Assembly (NCBI GenBank): GCA_036172245.1 | Contig: JAYWIR010000009.1 | Coordinates: 124,001 to 188,000, forward strand | Direction of reading: 5' to 3' | Source: Raillietiella orientalis | Taxonomy: Eukaryota | DNA length: 64,000 bases | Shown: positions 1 to 10,419 of the stretch, piece after piece | Numbering within the stretch: the first letter of the stretch is position 1 | Layout of the letters: every line of letters starts with the position of its first letter | Translations under genes and position numbers: made by a program | Notes under the pieces: generated by a model | Database searches by the model: none | What the model was told of the DNA's origin: nothing | What the model saw: the letters and a program-made list of their open reading frames with translations, nothing else

Positions 1-399
1 TCCGCTGAAGGGACTGCATTGTGTTGATGCGTTAGAATGGGGTCCAGAGTTGTGGATTCTTTACCTTGCATACCAAAAATGTGCAACCCGTCCGTCGGCA
101 TGCAGAGCGCCAACAAGCGCCGTGATGGTTCGCGGTTTCCTCATACAGATCACTGCTCTGCAAGCATTACACAGCGTAAAGTTGCCACCATGATTTCTTA
201 AAGTTTGCTTCCTTTCGAACAGGACCTCGACTTTTCTATAAAAGTCGGTCTCTAATTGCCATCAATCAGTTGCAAAGCAATTTGCTGAAGATGGATAAAG
301 AGGAAAGGGATTTGCAGTATTATGTACGGAAAGAAGCTCAACCAGTGAATAAAAATAGAATGGAAGAGTTAGGTATGCGCGATCCTCCCAACTCACCTC

Positions 400-950
400 A
401 GTCTGGTTTAAAGACAACGGTGGAATACGAATTCAGCGACTTCTGCCTCGGAATTGCAGACTCAAAGAGCTGATGTTGTCACTCCTCTTTGATGATGAAT
501 TCGAAACGGCCGTTGACCTCTGATTTTGCAAAGTGACTTTGGAAACTCAGAGATCTACACGTGTGTGCTCCTGTTTCGTCATCATCCAACCCTTTTTTGC
601 ACTGCGCCGGAACCGAGCAGAATTTTCAAGATGAACTGCTTCTTGGAACTCCAGAACGTGGTGCAGGTTTGCAACCATCCATTTCTATGTGGCAATCAGA
701 TGAATGATTTCACTGGGATAGTTAATGATTTCGTTTTCAACTTTGCAGTTGAGCTGAACACCTGTCTTGCTTATTCTCCATCATTTCGCTTACCTCACTC
801 GCTGACACTTTCTTGCTGACGACCTGTGGCTGTTGCAACCACGATTTTCAATGCATCAGCACTCACCGAATCCATGGGGGGAATTTTTTCTGAATTTTCG
901 CAGATCACGTCGATCGGATGGGCAAAACGACGAGCGAAAAGCCAACCGAC
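400..950 (-). mobile_element. Possible heavily decayed Penelope-like RT remnant
   Basis: Minus-strand fragments PPMDSVSADALKI (cf. G.PMGSP.S) and VQLNCKVENEIINYP (cf. I.FT.E.E.N..LPF) occur in the expected order, with many stops. Weak; boundaries approximate. Confidence 0.22.
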
Positions 951-2789
951 CAACACAGTTGATGTGATAACAGGGTCAAGTTTTGGAGTGTGCGAACGGG
1001 AAAGAAGTCTCATACATGCAAGGATGCGGCTCCCCGATGGAGAAATTTCCTAACACCTCCCTCGGAGAGATCGAATTCCAGTTCATCCCGTCTCCTCACA
1101 ACCACTGCCATTGTACAGGGCGAGCGACCTGACAGCTGCCTGTCTCCAAGTCCGGCCTCGAAGAGTGACGCGCCAAGACTGGAGGCGGGCCGGTTTTAAG
1201 CTGCTCATGTGTGTTTGCCGAAAGCAGACAAGTAAATAAACATCCGTCATTCGGAAAGGTCAGGGATCAAACAAAAAGTGTCTCGTAGCCTATCCAGCAA
1301 AATCACTGTGGAGAAGGCTCTCCACAACTCTTTGGCCAAACTAATGATGAACAAAGAACACCTAAGAATAGACACGCGACGGCATGCAGAGAAAAGAAGT
1401 GTCCTTTTTCGTGGAGGACCACAGGTCTGTGTGACGACACGGCGCGGAGGAAGGAAGGAGTGACTCTTGCTGAAAGGATCAGGCTGCCCATTGCCATCTC
1501 CTGTCTCTGAGTCAGGCCCTGAATGATGATGAATGATTCATGCAGCTCGTCCCACTAGATGTCAGACTTTGCCTGAGAAGTCTTACGTCCCAGGAGTATC
1601 CTGTCTGGTTGCCTTGTCAACTCATCGGAGTGCTGCATGCAGGTCACAGTCTGCGCAGTTTCCACTGGGGGAAACGGAAGGACCGAAAGTACTCCTTGCA
1701 ACGGAAGCACTCCTTGGAAACGAAATCCTCGAGAGGATGAAAGGCATGACAACCTGATGGAGGCATTCTTAAAAAGCATTAGAGAAACAAAAGCCGATCG
1801 AAGGAGAGTTAGCAAACAGCCGATATTCGAGCAAAGGTGGGAAGGGGAACTGAAAACACTCGCCTGTGGGACTGGGAGAGGTTCGCGAAAGGGCGTTCAC
1901 ATGACGACACCAAGAACCGGGCAACCACAAAGGTGGCGGCGTTCGGTTCTACCTCTGTAAGAGTCCGCTTCACTGCCTACTCGGACATCCACCCTTCAGG
2001 GGACGCGCCAAAGGACTTGGAACTTCGCTCACAGCGCTTTCGAGTGCCTCGAAGGGCAGGTGCAGTGAACCATCCCCGGCTCTTCGCGCTACTCTTGGAT
2101 GCTCCCAACAGGAAGCCGCCGCCAGCTTGATCAGCTCTCATCCTACCAGTGCGCTCTGCATCCAAATATCCTCGCGGTGTGGAGTCTGCCAAGGAGGTTG
2201 AGACTTCTCGGGAGCAACGAAACGCGCGAAGACGAGGGAGGTTTTAAGCGAAGGCGGAACAAGGGGTAGAGGTGATGGGAATCCGGATGTCGAATGCCGT
2301 GAAGAAGTGAACCGGCAAGACCAGCATTTCGAGGAGCAGGTAACCGTCCCCGCGGATCTCCCGCGGAGGGCGGCCGGTCTGAGGTGCTAGTGCGGCTGCA
2401 GTAAGAGGCTCTGATGCGGAGCGAGGTCCCTACGTGGAAGAATGGAAGAGAGGAAAAAATCTTCAAGTGGCATCGATTGAGTTCCGTGTGGCAAAGAAGT
2501 CTCTGAAAGAGTTATGCAGTGGGAAGAAACTTTTAAATCCTCCTAGGCTAGGAAAAAAAAAAAACAAAAAACAGTTATGTGTGCATCCGGTACAAAGAAC
2601 TCGTATCAAGTGTACAGATTTTCGTTTGTTTCTTCGTGGGGTATCAAACCAAACGGCGGACGCGTCTCTTGCGGAGAATGCCCAGAAGTCAAAAAGCAGC
2701 TAAGCAGGGTCATCTTAGCTCTGAGCGGCTCGCTACCACGGATTGAGGTAATCGAAAGACGTAGTAATTCCGAAAGGCTTACAAACATG

Positions 2790-3360
2790 GGGCTGCGACT
2801 TCCTGAGCGGCGCCCTCACGCCGGCCACATCCCTAGCAGCACTGTGCTGCCTACGCGGGATCGTGGCCTCATGGATCAACGCCAGAGGAGGCCAGGACGA
2901 CAGGGACGCCATCCATTTTGCTATCCTCTTCATGAGGACAGCGTCAAGAGGCGCCATCTAAGAACCATAAAACAGGAACTTGCCGGCATCCTAACAAGGA
3001 TGCAGAGGGCGCCCTCTAGCTCACAAAGATTCCCTCCCTCCCCTCTCCCCCCTTCCCTTTTTTTTTTACCGTTTTTTTTTTTTTTTTCTTTTTGTTTGTC
3101 TCCCCTTCCCCATGTCGGGTGCAAACCCCACCCGACATGTAGGTTCATTTTATTAATAAACACCCCGACGTGACCGGGTGTCAACCAGCGCCATTATCCG
3201 AATAGGCCAACCAGCCTTGCGTCTTGCGGGGGAACTCGAAACCTACGATGCTCCCCTTGTTATCGGCACCCATTCATCCCGGGAGGGATTCGAACCCACA
3301 ACACTCTGTGCCGCTCGCAGAGGCCACAGCCAAGCGGTCGCTGATGCGGGCACTCTATCC
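2790..3360 (-). repeat. Unclassified modular dispersed repeat, copy 1 (head plus hairpin/CTCF-like module)
   Basis: Direct similarity to 29414-30075: CTATCCTCTTCATGAG...GAACCATAAAAC...GCCGGCATCCT..CAAGGATGCAGAGGGCGCCCTCTAGC and CCGACATGTAGGTT.ATTTTAT...GTGACCGGGT.TCAACCAGCGCC. Also similar to 23630-23790 (CCCGGGAGGGATTCGAACCC). Confidence 0.8.
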
Positions 3361-3929
3361 GGGTAGCTCTGCGGCTGTGACCCTTCAGCTGGCAGCACGG
3401 AGAGGCTCTGCTGCTCGTGAACTGGTGACTTGCCAAGCAGTACCGGCGTCTTCCGGAGCTGCGCCGGCTACGGGCAGCTAAAAACTTCCGCTCACCTGCC
3501 ATTGGAACGAGGGGAAACTTCGGAGCTCCTGTGAACGTCCCACAGCCTCTCTACTTCGATCCCAAGGTGCTCTCCTCCGCAAGAGTTGTTGCAGTGCTGC
3601 TCCTCGCGGGATGGACTTCCGCCTGCTTCTCCGATCGCCCTGCCTTCACGTTGCTTCAGAAGCGCCATGGCGTCCCGGAAGGCCTCGACTCCACAGGGAT
3701 GAGGGACGCGGCAAGATAACCCTTGAAGGATGCCAGAGTGAAGGATGGCGTCGTCTGCATTGCACATAGGTTGCAGGAGACACGAAGGGTGTGACCGGTG
3801 CTTTTTTTCCCTGCTTTTTTTTTTTTTTTTAATGTGCTTACGGCTCCTTACTGCTCTGTCCTTCTGGCTGGCTGGCGTGCGAGTCGTTGTTTGTCTTTTT
3901 TTTTTCATGCTTTCATGCTTTCATGTTTC

Positions 3930-4770
3930 AGTCCGCGTCAGAGGCCGTGTGTTTACGGTGGTCTCCGTGCGTGGCACCATGCGTCGTGGGTCTGAAGAAA
4001 TCGACTCCGAAGGAATCGACGTGGTGCGTCCTGGGTTTGACGTTCACCCCACAAGATGACGCTGGTTGACCTACGTTCATCCGGGTGCGGCACTGGTAGC
4101 GGTTAAAACCGGATGCCCCCAATGAGGGCCGGGACAAATGGGAGTTGACCTCCGGGTCTTTCCAGGAATCACAGAGTGGGAGTTGTGAAGGAGCGGGCTC
4201 CCTATTCCGGGGGGACCCTGGAATAAGGAGGCACTCTATCCGAGGAAGAAGATGATTGGGTCGATAGAAGGGGATCCCCAGGGATCCGTGTCGTACTGAT
4301 GGAATTGGTGTGTCGCCACCACCTCTCCAGAGAGGACAGAGACGAAAGAAGAAGGGCCCCTCCCCCTTTCCCCTTCAGGGAAAGCAGCACCCTTCTGAAT
4401 TTCGGAGGCGTCCCTTCTGGGTTCTCTTCAGAGGAGTACACAGGAGCGGATCCCTTGCGGGGGATCCCTCCGGAGAAGAAATTCCAGGAGCGGATCCTTT
4501 CCGGGTTCCCTCCAAAGAAACAAAAATGGAGTGGACCCCCCGGGGTTCCTCCGGAGAGAATAAAGAGGGAGCTTCCCTTCGGGATTCCCCTTCGGAGACA
4601 AACAGGGTGGAGGTGATGTCCATTTCCGGAGATACCTCCCCAGGCGTGAGAGGAACGGACTCCGAGTCCTTCCTGGATTCATAGGGCAAACCGCTCTCGG
4701 GGTACTCTGTATCTTGAGGAATTACCCACCCTCGGGTGGCTTGGAACCGTGTCGAAGAACTGCGAAGACA
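3930..4770 (+). repeat. Unclassified modular dispersed repeat, copy 2 (head plus ~40-bp tandem array)
   Basis: 3940-4100 matches the reverse complement of 23600-23780 (GTGGCACC...ATCGACTCC...GGTGC.TC..GGGTTT...GATG.CGCTGGTTG.CCT). 4420-4760 holds ~40-bp degenerate units (CAGGAGCGGATCCCTT.CGGG..CCCTCCGGAGA) and CTGGATTCATAGGG, shared with the 23.2 kb copy; the array also matches the 31.5 kb copy. Confidence 0.75.
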
Positions 4771-5149
4771 GAAAAGAAGGATTTCCATCATTACTGATCC
4801 AAGTGGTCTGCCCTTCTGGAAAAGAAATGCCCCAGGGAAACCAGATGAAACTGGACACGGAACTGTCCGACTGTCCGCTGGAAAGCCATTCCAGCGCAAG
4901 CTCAGAGTCAGACGCTCGCGTTACCGAGAGGGGGGCACCCCGTCGATCGGTGACTGCGCAAAATCCAGAGAAGGAGACGGAGGCTGCAGCAGCAACTTGG
5001 AGCTGCTCGAAATCTTAGCATCGCGGCGGCGAAATGGAGAGGCGGAATACGCGCGCGCACCGGCAGCGTCCCTGCGTGGGGGGCCCCGCGCGCGCAGCCA
5101 GCCTCCGGCCCGCAGAGCGCCCCGCCTCCGATTCGTGTTCGCCTTCCTC

Positions 5150-5330
5150 CGATGATTGCGCATGCGCTCTGAGGCCCTCTCGAATTTTAGAACACGCGTT
5201 TTCCGTTTTCCTTAGTTTTCCACCAGATGACGTCAGCAAGTGGCTGACGCACTCCGCAGCCGGCCGGAAAACGCATGCGCGTGAGGCACGGCGGTTCGGC
5301 CCCGCGCGCCGTTTCCAATGACGTCAGGCG
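5150..5330. promoter_or_regulatory. CpG-rich promoter-like segment with NRF1/Ewg-like and CRE motifs
   Basis: TGCGCATGCGC at 5157-5167, ACGCATGCGC at 5271-5280, two perfect TGACGTCA at 5228-5235 and 5319-5326, and a strong donor GAG|GTGAGT at 5459 just downstream. Confidence 0.45.
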
Positions 5331-8300
5331 ACAGCACCGCCGCCACTGCCCCTTCGAGCAAACCGTCGAGCGAGCCGCGTCCGATGGGCCGGCGCCCTCT
5401 CTTCGGGAAAGCCGAAAGAAGCCGCTCGGGCGAATGTTCGAAGGGTCCGGAGAAGGAGGTGAGTCGGGACCAACCCTTTTGGTCCACTCTCTTCTCCTCC
5501 TCCACCAGTTCATTAATATCGATGGCCATCTCGTGACCGGCCATGTCGGCTGCTGGAGGGAGAGCGGAAGAAAGTTTCCACCTGGGAGGAGACGCACAAA
5601 AAGCAAAAAACTCGGAGGGCGCTTTCGACGGGGAAAGTTTTCGAGAGAGTTCTTGGGCAGATAGACGGGGAGGGGGGGCCTGGCCTTAGCTGCAAGTATC
5701 ATTTCCCTCTCGAGGTTTCCTCCACCCGAAAGCACCGAGAGAAAGAAACAGAGACGCTCGAGGAAGACGCATTTCTCGAGAATACAGCTGCAGCAGACAA
5801 AAGGGAGAGAGCGGACTGAACGCGAGCGGCAATCGGCAACCCTTGGTCGTCTCTTCGCTTCTTTGCTTCCCACCTCCCTTGGGCCCTGCGCCCTACTTTT
5901 TCCCGAAAGCTCTGCTCTTCTTGTTTTCCACCTGACGAGTCGCTTCCGATGGACGGCTGGTCGGCCGCATTTTGTCTTTTGCATGTGGCCGGCCAGTCTT
6001 TTGCGGTCCGCATTGCACGCGCGGGAAGGGTTTGAACGACCTTTCGAGAACGCGCACGCGTTGGCGGCCGAGGCGGCAAGAAAAAGCAGCTGGCGAGTCG
6101 GGTGGAGCGGCAGAGGGGGTGGCGACCCCCAGTAGAAGAAGGAGCTGAAATACCGAGGTCCGCTCGGGGAACGATCAGCACGAAAGACCGCCTGGGTCGA
6201 ACGCCAGTTCGGATGCAAACAGAGAAGGGGGGCGTATTGAGCCGGGACAGCGCGCGACCAGGAGCCCCAAGCGGTGGTGCTTGCAGAGTGCCGCCGTGGC
6301 TTCGGCAGAAAGGCGGGTCTCCGTGTACACCCACGTTCCGAACCTCGGGGCCGTTGGAACCAGACTGCTACGTGCAAGTTCCCCCATTTTCGTCCGATCC
6401 CCCAACGCTCCTGACGCAGGAGCTCCCCTCCCAAGAGCGCGGGGTCCTCTCGGACACCGTCCACGCAACGGACGAGCAGTCTGCTGGCTGCCGCCGCGGA
6501 CTTGGCAACGAGGGAAGCCTCTGAGGTACCCCATGACGCTCGCCTAAAAGAGGTCACGGGGCACTTCTCTCCGACGTTCGCCTTTACGGTTTACTTCCAA
6601 CGTTCGACTTTCCGTGAACAGTGGAATGGCCTCGCGGGCAGGAGGAGGGTTGTGCGCATTTGCCCGTTTCTCGTCAAGCGAATCGCTCTCACTTTTACGC
6701 ACGCGACGAGAAAGGGAGAGAAAGAAGCAAGGAAGGGGAGCAGCACTGCCGCCGCATCGGACCCGCAGGACTGGGACCTGAAAGATCCCTGGAAACGTGG
6801 AAGAACACGCCTATCCCCTTTTGGTAACAGGTGTGACGAGTGACCACCTTTTCACGCGTCCCTTCTACGTTCGGATGGTTTGCCTCGCGTGCGAGCCACA
6901 TTTTCCCATTTCTCCAGACTCTCCTCCCTCCCTCCCCCCCTCCTTTCTCCTCCCAGGGCAAAATGAAGGGATCGTCGAGACAAAGGGCGAACGGAAAAAG
7001 GAAGGGAAAAAAAAGCCATCTCAAAAAGTTCTCATCAGCCGGGTCTGGCGGGCACGAGACCCGCGCTACCCCAGGCTGAGAGGCGCTGTCTCCGCAGCAA
7101 CCATGGAGACCAATTTCAAAAATAGTTAGAATTGAATCCATAGTTACTGGCGGGAAAAATTGGCCGGTCACACACACACACACGCGTAACACTACTGCAT
7201 CGTGTAACCAGGTGAACGAGCATTGCTGTTTTTTTTTTTTTTTTTTCCTTCTCTCTTCCTCTCTCTCCGATCATCTCATAAAATGAAAATTTTCGCCAAA
7301 GCGCTTTGAAGTGCAGCTAAAAGGTTTTCCTCCTCTCCATTTCCCCTCCCCCCGCCCATTCTCAGCAAATTTGCAGTCCCCACTAATGTTGCAGGCTATT
7401 AAACTTTGACTAGTTCGACTTTGCTGAAATCTAATTGTGCAGTTGCCAGCGTGATTGATGAGAATTTTCTCTCTCTCTCTCTCTCCCTCTCTCTCCCAGA
7501 TCAGTGCGTCCCCGAGCCTGCAAGAGACAACAACTCCGTGAGAAGCACTCGATGAACCCGGAGGTCGGCTAAAATCGACTGCACCACGCAGACCGCATGG
7601 CACAGACGTTTGGAGACCACGCAGCCGCGCTTCCCGACGTCCGCAAGCGGATGCCGGACTGCGAGTAAAGCGTCACAGGTATGCTGCTCGAAAAGCCGTG
7701 AGATCTGCGCAGCATCCGTTTCCTCTCGGCCCTCTGCGGATGGCGGGTTGCCGCCCGGATCGAAGCAGAGGGGGTGCTTCTTCTCTTTCTGCGGGCCTGT
7801 TCCAAGAAGCGCGGCAGGCGAAGAGGGAAAGGGGACGAGATGCTCGCTTCCGTCGCGTAGGCGACGTGCTTGCGAACCGGGTCGGGAAGAAGGCAAGTTG
7901 GTGGCGTCGCTCCCGGAACCTGCGAAGAACACTGTAGGGGAGAGCAGCCGTAACGAAAGCCAAGTCGGCATGCTGGAGTGACGACGCTCCTGCCGGGGAC
8001 GCGATCGGAATGCCAGCGGCGTCGGGAAGGCGCTTTCGTTTTCGCCAACCTTGCCCAGATGTCAGCAGCGGAGGTCGAGAGTGAGGACGATGCGCGGAGA
8101 GCTCTTTCAAGCTTCAGGCGAGCGGTCTTTCCCATGGAAACGATAGCGATAGCGAAAATGCGTCCATGCGCCCCGCCCCGGTATCCGGGTGATAGAAAAG
8201 AAGAAAAAAGGTGAGGATGGGAAAGAGGTGTAATCCTGCCTCTTTTTTTGTCTTGTTTTTCCTTTTTTGCCGAAGGAGGAAACCTGTTGTTAAGCTCGTG

Positions 8301-8566
8301 CTCCAGAAGGCGTTGCCACTCCAGCGTCCATGGTTTCTTATGCGCGCTTGGGTCGTCCTTGCGTCCTCATTCACCCTGATCATCTTTGTGCGTCTCATCT
8401 TGAGCTACTGAACCTGTGTCAAGATCTCCTCTCGCTGCTGCAACCATCGATAAACCCCGTGCCTCCTCCTTTTTCCGTGCATTCGGGCCTTCTCTCTCAA
8501 CGCCTTTCCTTCTTCGTTTAGGGTTGCTAGCTCTTCTCATTCCAGTCAGGAACCTGCAGTGATAAG

Positions 8567-10026
8567 ATGAAAGCCAGGATCATTCGCCACTTGAAGGGAC
8601 ATAGCAACGTGGTCACCTCCATCGACTTCCACAAAGATGGGACCCTCCTGGCCTCCGGCAGCTACGACAAGAACGTGATGCTCTGGAACCTAGCCGACCC
8701 CGAAGACACCCTCTGCTTCGTCGGTCACCACGACTACGTCTTGGACGTGTGCTTTTCGAAGGAGGACTGGTGCCTGGCGTCGGGGTCTCAGGACAAGACC
8801 ATCAGGCTGTGGCTCCTCCGGAACAAGGTTCGCGGGGGAACCCTCTTGACCTCGGAGGTGCCACCATCCCGTCCGCGGTCGGTCGGTCGGTCACGGCTTG
8901 GGGAGCAGCCTCCGAAACGTGAGCTGCTATGACGCGCCGCTTCCAGACAACAAGCACGACCGAAGAGTCCGCGCCGGCACGTTGAGGGCGGAGCAGGTGG
9001 TGCTCCGCTTTCCACTCGCGCACCCCCTTTCTCCCTCCCCTCGAGCTGGCCCCCTATTTCCCCCCGCGCAGCCTCTGCATCGTGACCTTCCCGTAGTCCG
9101 AACAACCGGAAGCACCAGGGGCCAGGATCTGAAAGGGGTGCGAGAAGGGTGAACGGGCGTGCACGCGGAGGGTGCTGCCCTCCGAGAGGGGGTGTCAATC
9201 CGCAATCATCCCCTGCCTTTCCCAGGACGAGTGTTTGGAGTTCCGGGCGCATCAGGACGCGGTGCGGGCGCTGCGGTTCTGCTGGCGCGGGGACCGGCTG
9301 GCGTCTGCGTCCGACGACGGCGTGGTCAAGCTGTGGTCAGTGGGATGCGGGAGGTTGCTGCGGTCCGCGCGCGTCCACGAGGCGGCAGTCAACTGTGTCG
9401 CCGTGAGCGCCGATGACCGGCTGCTGGCGACCGGCTCCGAGGATGGTAGCATCCAGCTGTGCGCTCTCGAGTCAGGAAGCTGTGTGAGGCGCCTCACCGA
9501 CCTGGGTAGCGTGGCGCTCCACGTTGAATTCCACCCGAGAGACCCGTGTCTGGGTGGAGCCTTCGAAGACGGCACCGTCCGCATGTTCGACCTGCGTGGT
9601 GCGGCGGCGGCCGGACCCTCACTGCCTACACCGCCGCCGCCGCTGCAGAGCCACCGGTGCCACCGCAGCGGATGCACGTCGCTGTCCTTCCACCCGGCCG
9701 GCCGTCACTTGCTGACCTCGGGAGACGACGGGGTCATTCAGATCCTGAACATCGCCTCGGGAAGGAGGGCGGAGACGCTCTCCGGCCACGAAGGTGCCAT
9801 CACGCGCGCCCGGTTCGCGCCGCCCGCCGCCGGCGACGACCTTTTCGCCTCGGCCGGCGCCAACAGGCAGGTTGTGCTCTGGCGGATGGACGAGAACTCC
9901 GCCGGGACCGAGGGCGCGTCCCGACCAAGCGCGCGCGGCGACGGCGCGGGCCCGCCTCCGGCCCGCCTGGAGATCAGGAGCCTCGCCTTTCAGGGACACG
10001 CGGAGGGGGCCGCTGCCCTAGGGTGA
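8567..10026 (+). CDS. Divergent POC1-like WD40-repeat protein (2 exons: 8567-8827, 9226-10026; about 353 aa)
   Basis: Seven WD40 blades collinear with POC1 as I recall it: RHLKGH..VTSIDF, LASGS.DKT.RLW, FRAHQDAVRAL.FC, VEFHP..PC, LSFHPAGRHLLT, TLSGHEG, FASAGANRQV.LW. Phase-0 GT-AG intron (AAG|GTTCGC ... TTTCCCAG|GAC). Confidence 0.8.
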
Positions 10027-10419
10027 TGACCGAAATCCACTGACCCTTCTGGATCTTTCACTGTGCCAACTTTTACCCTCCTCCTGTCATGGGGCACCTA
10101 CCAGAGGTGACCTCTCGAGTGGGTAGGGCCGCGTGGGAGCAGGGAAGACAGGCCTGCCCTGCAGCCCCGTTTCCACTGCGCCCGTCCCCTGCCATCCCCT
10201 CCTCCAAAGGGGAGACACCTATGAGACCTCCCTCCCTCTGGTTGCCACGAGAGACGGCTTTTATTGAGGCCGTCGGAAGACACAGGGGGCGCGGAACGGA
10301 GTGGGGTTCCTGGGGACGCTGCTGGACCGAAGAGGGTAAGGACTGGCGGGTCTCGGGGGAGGCCGCGCCCCCTGGTGGCTGCGGAGTCTTTGAGTGTGGC
10401 GGCGTCGATGGCACCTTCC

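Noticed and set aside
2986..3020. Helitron 3' end (hairpin plus CTAG)
   Set aside because: CTAG is not followed by T, and similarity between copies continues past it.
3225..3350. tRNA genes at GGTTCGAATCCC motifs (also 23660-23725)
   Set aside because: I could not fold a cloverleaf or find a clear A-box; the motifs sit in a diverged dispersed repeat.
4299..4684. Repeat-array ORFs as a protein family
   Set aside because: Similarity among copies hops between frames and unit lengths are not multiples of 3, so conservation is at the DNA level.
5187..6557. 456-aa minus-strand ORF and many other 100-280 aa ORFs in GC-rich DNA
   Set aside because: Arg/Ser/Pro-rich with no recognisable domain; expected from stop-codon scarcity or as shadow frames of real exons.
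7169..7496. (CA)n, poly-T and (CT)n tracts; also poly-A at about 32100 and 60643-60677
   Set aside because: Ordinary microsatellites and homopolymers; no TSD-bounded element could be tied to them.
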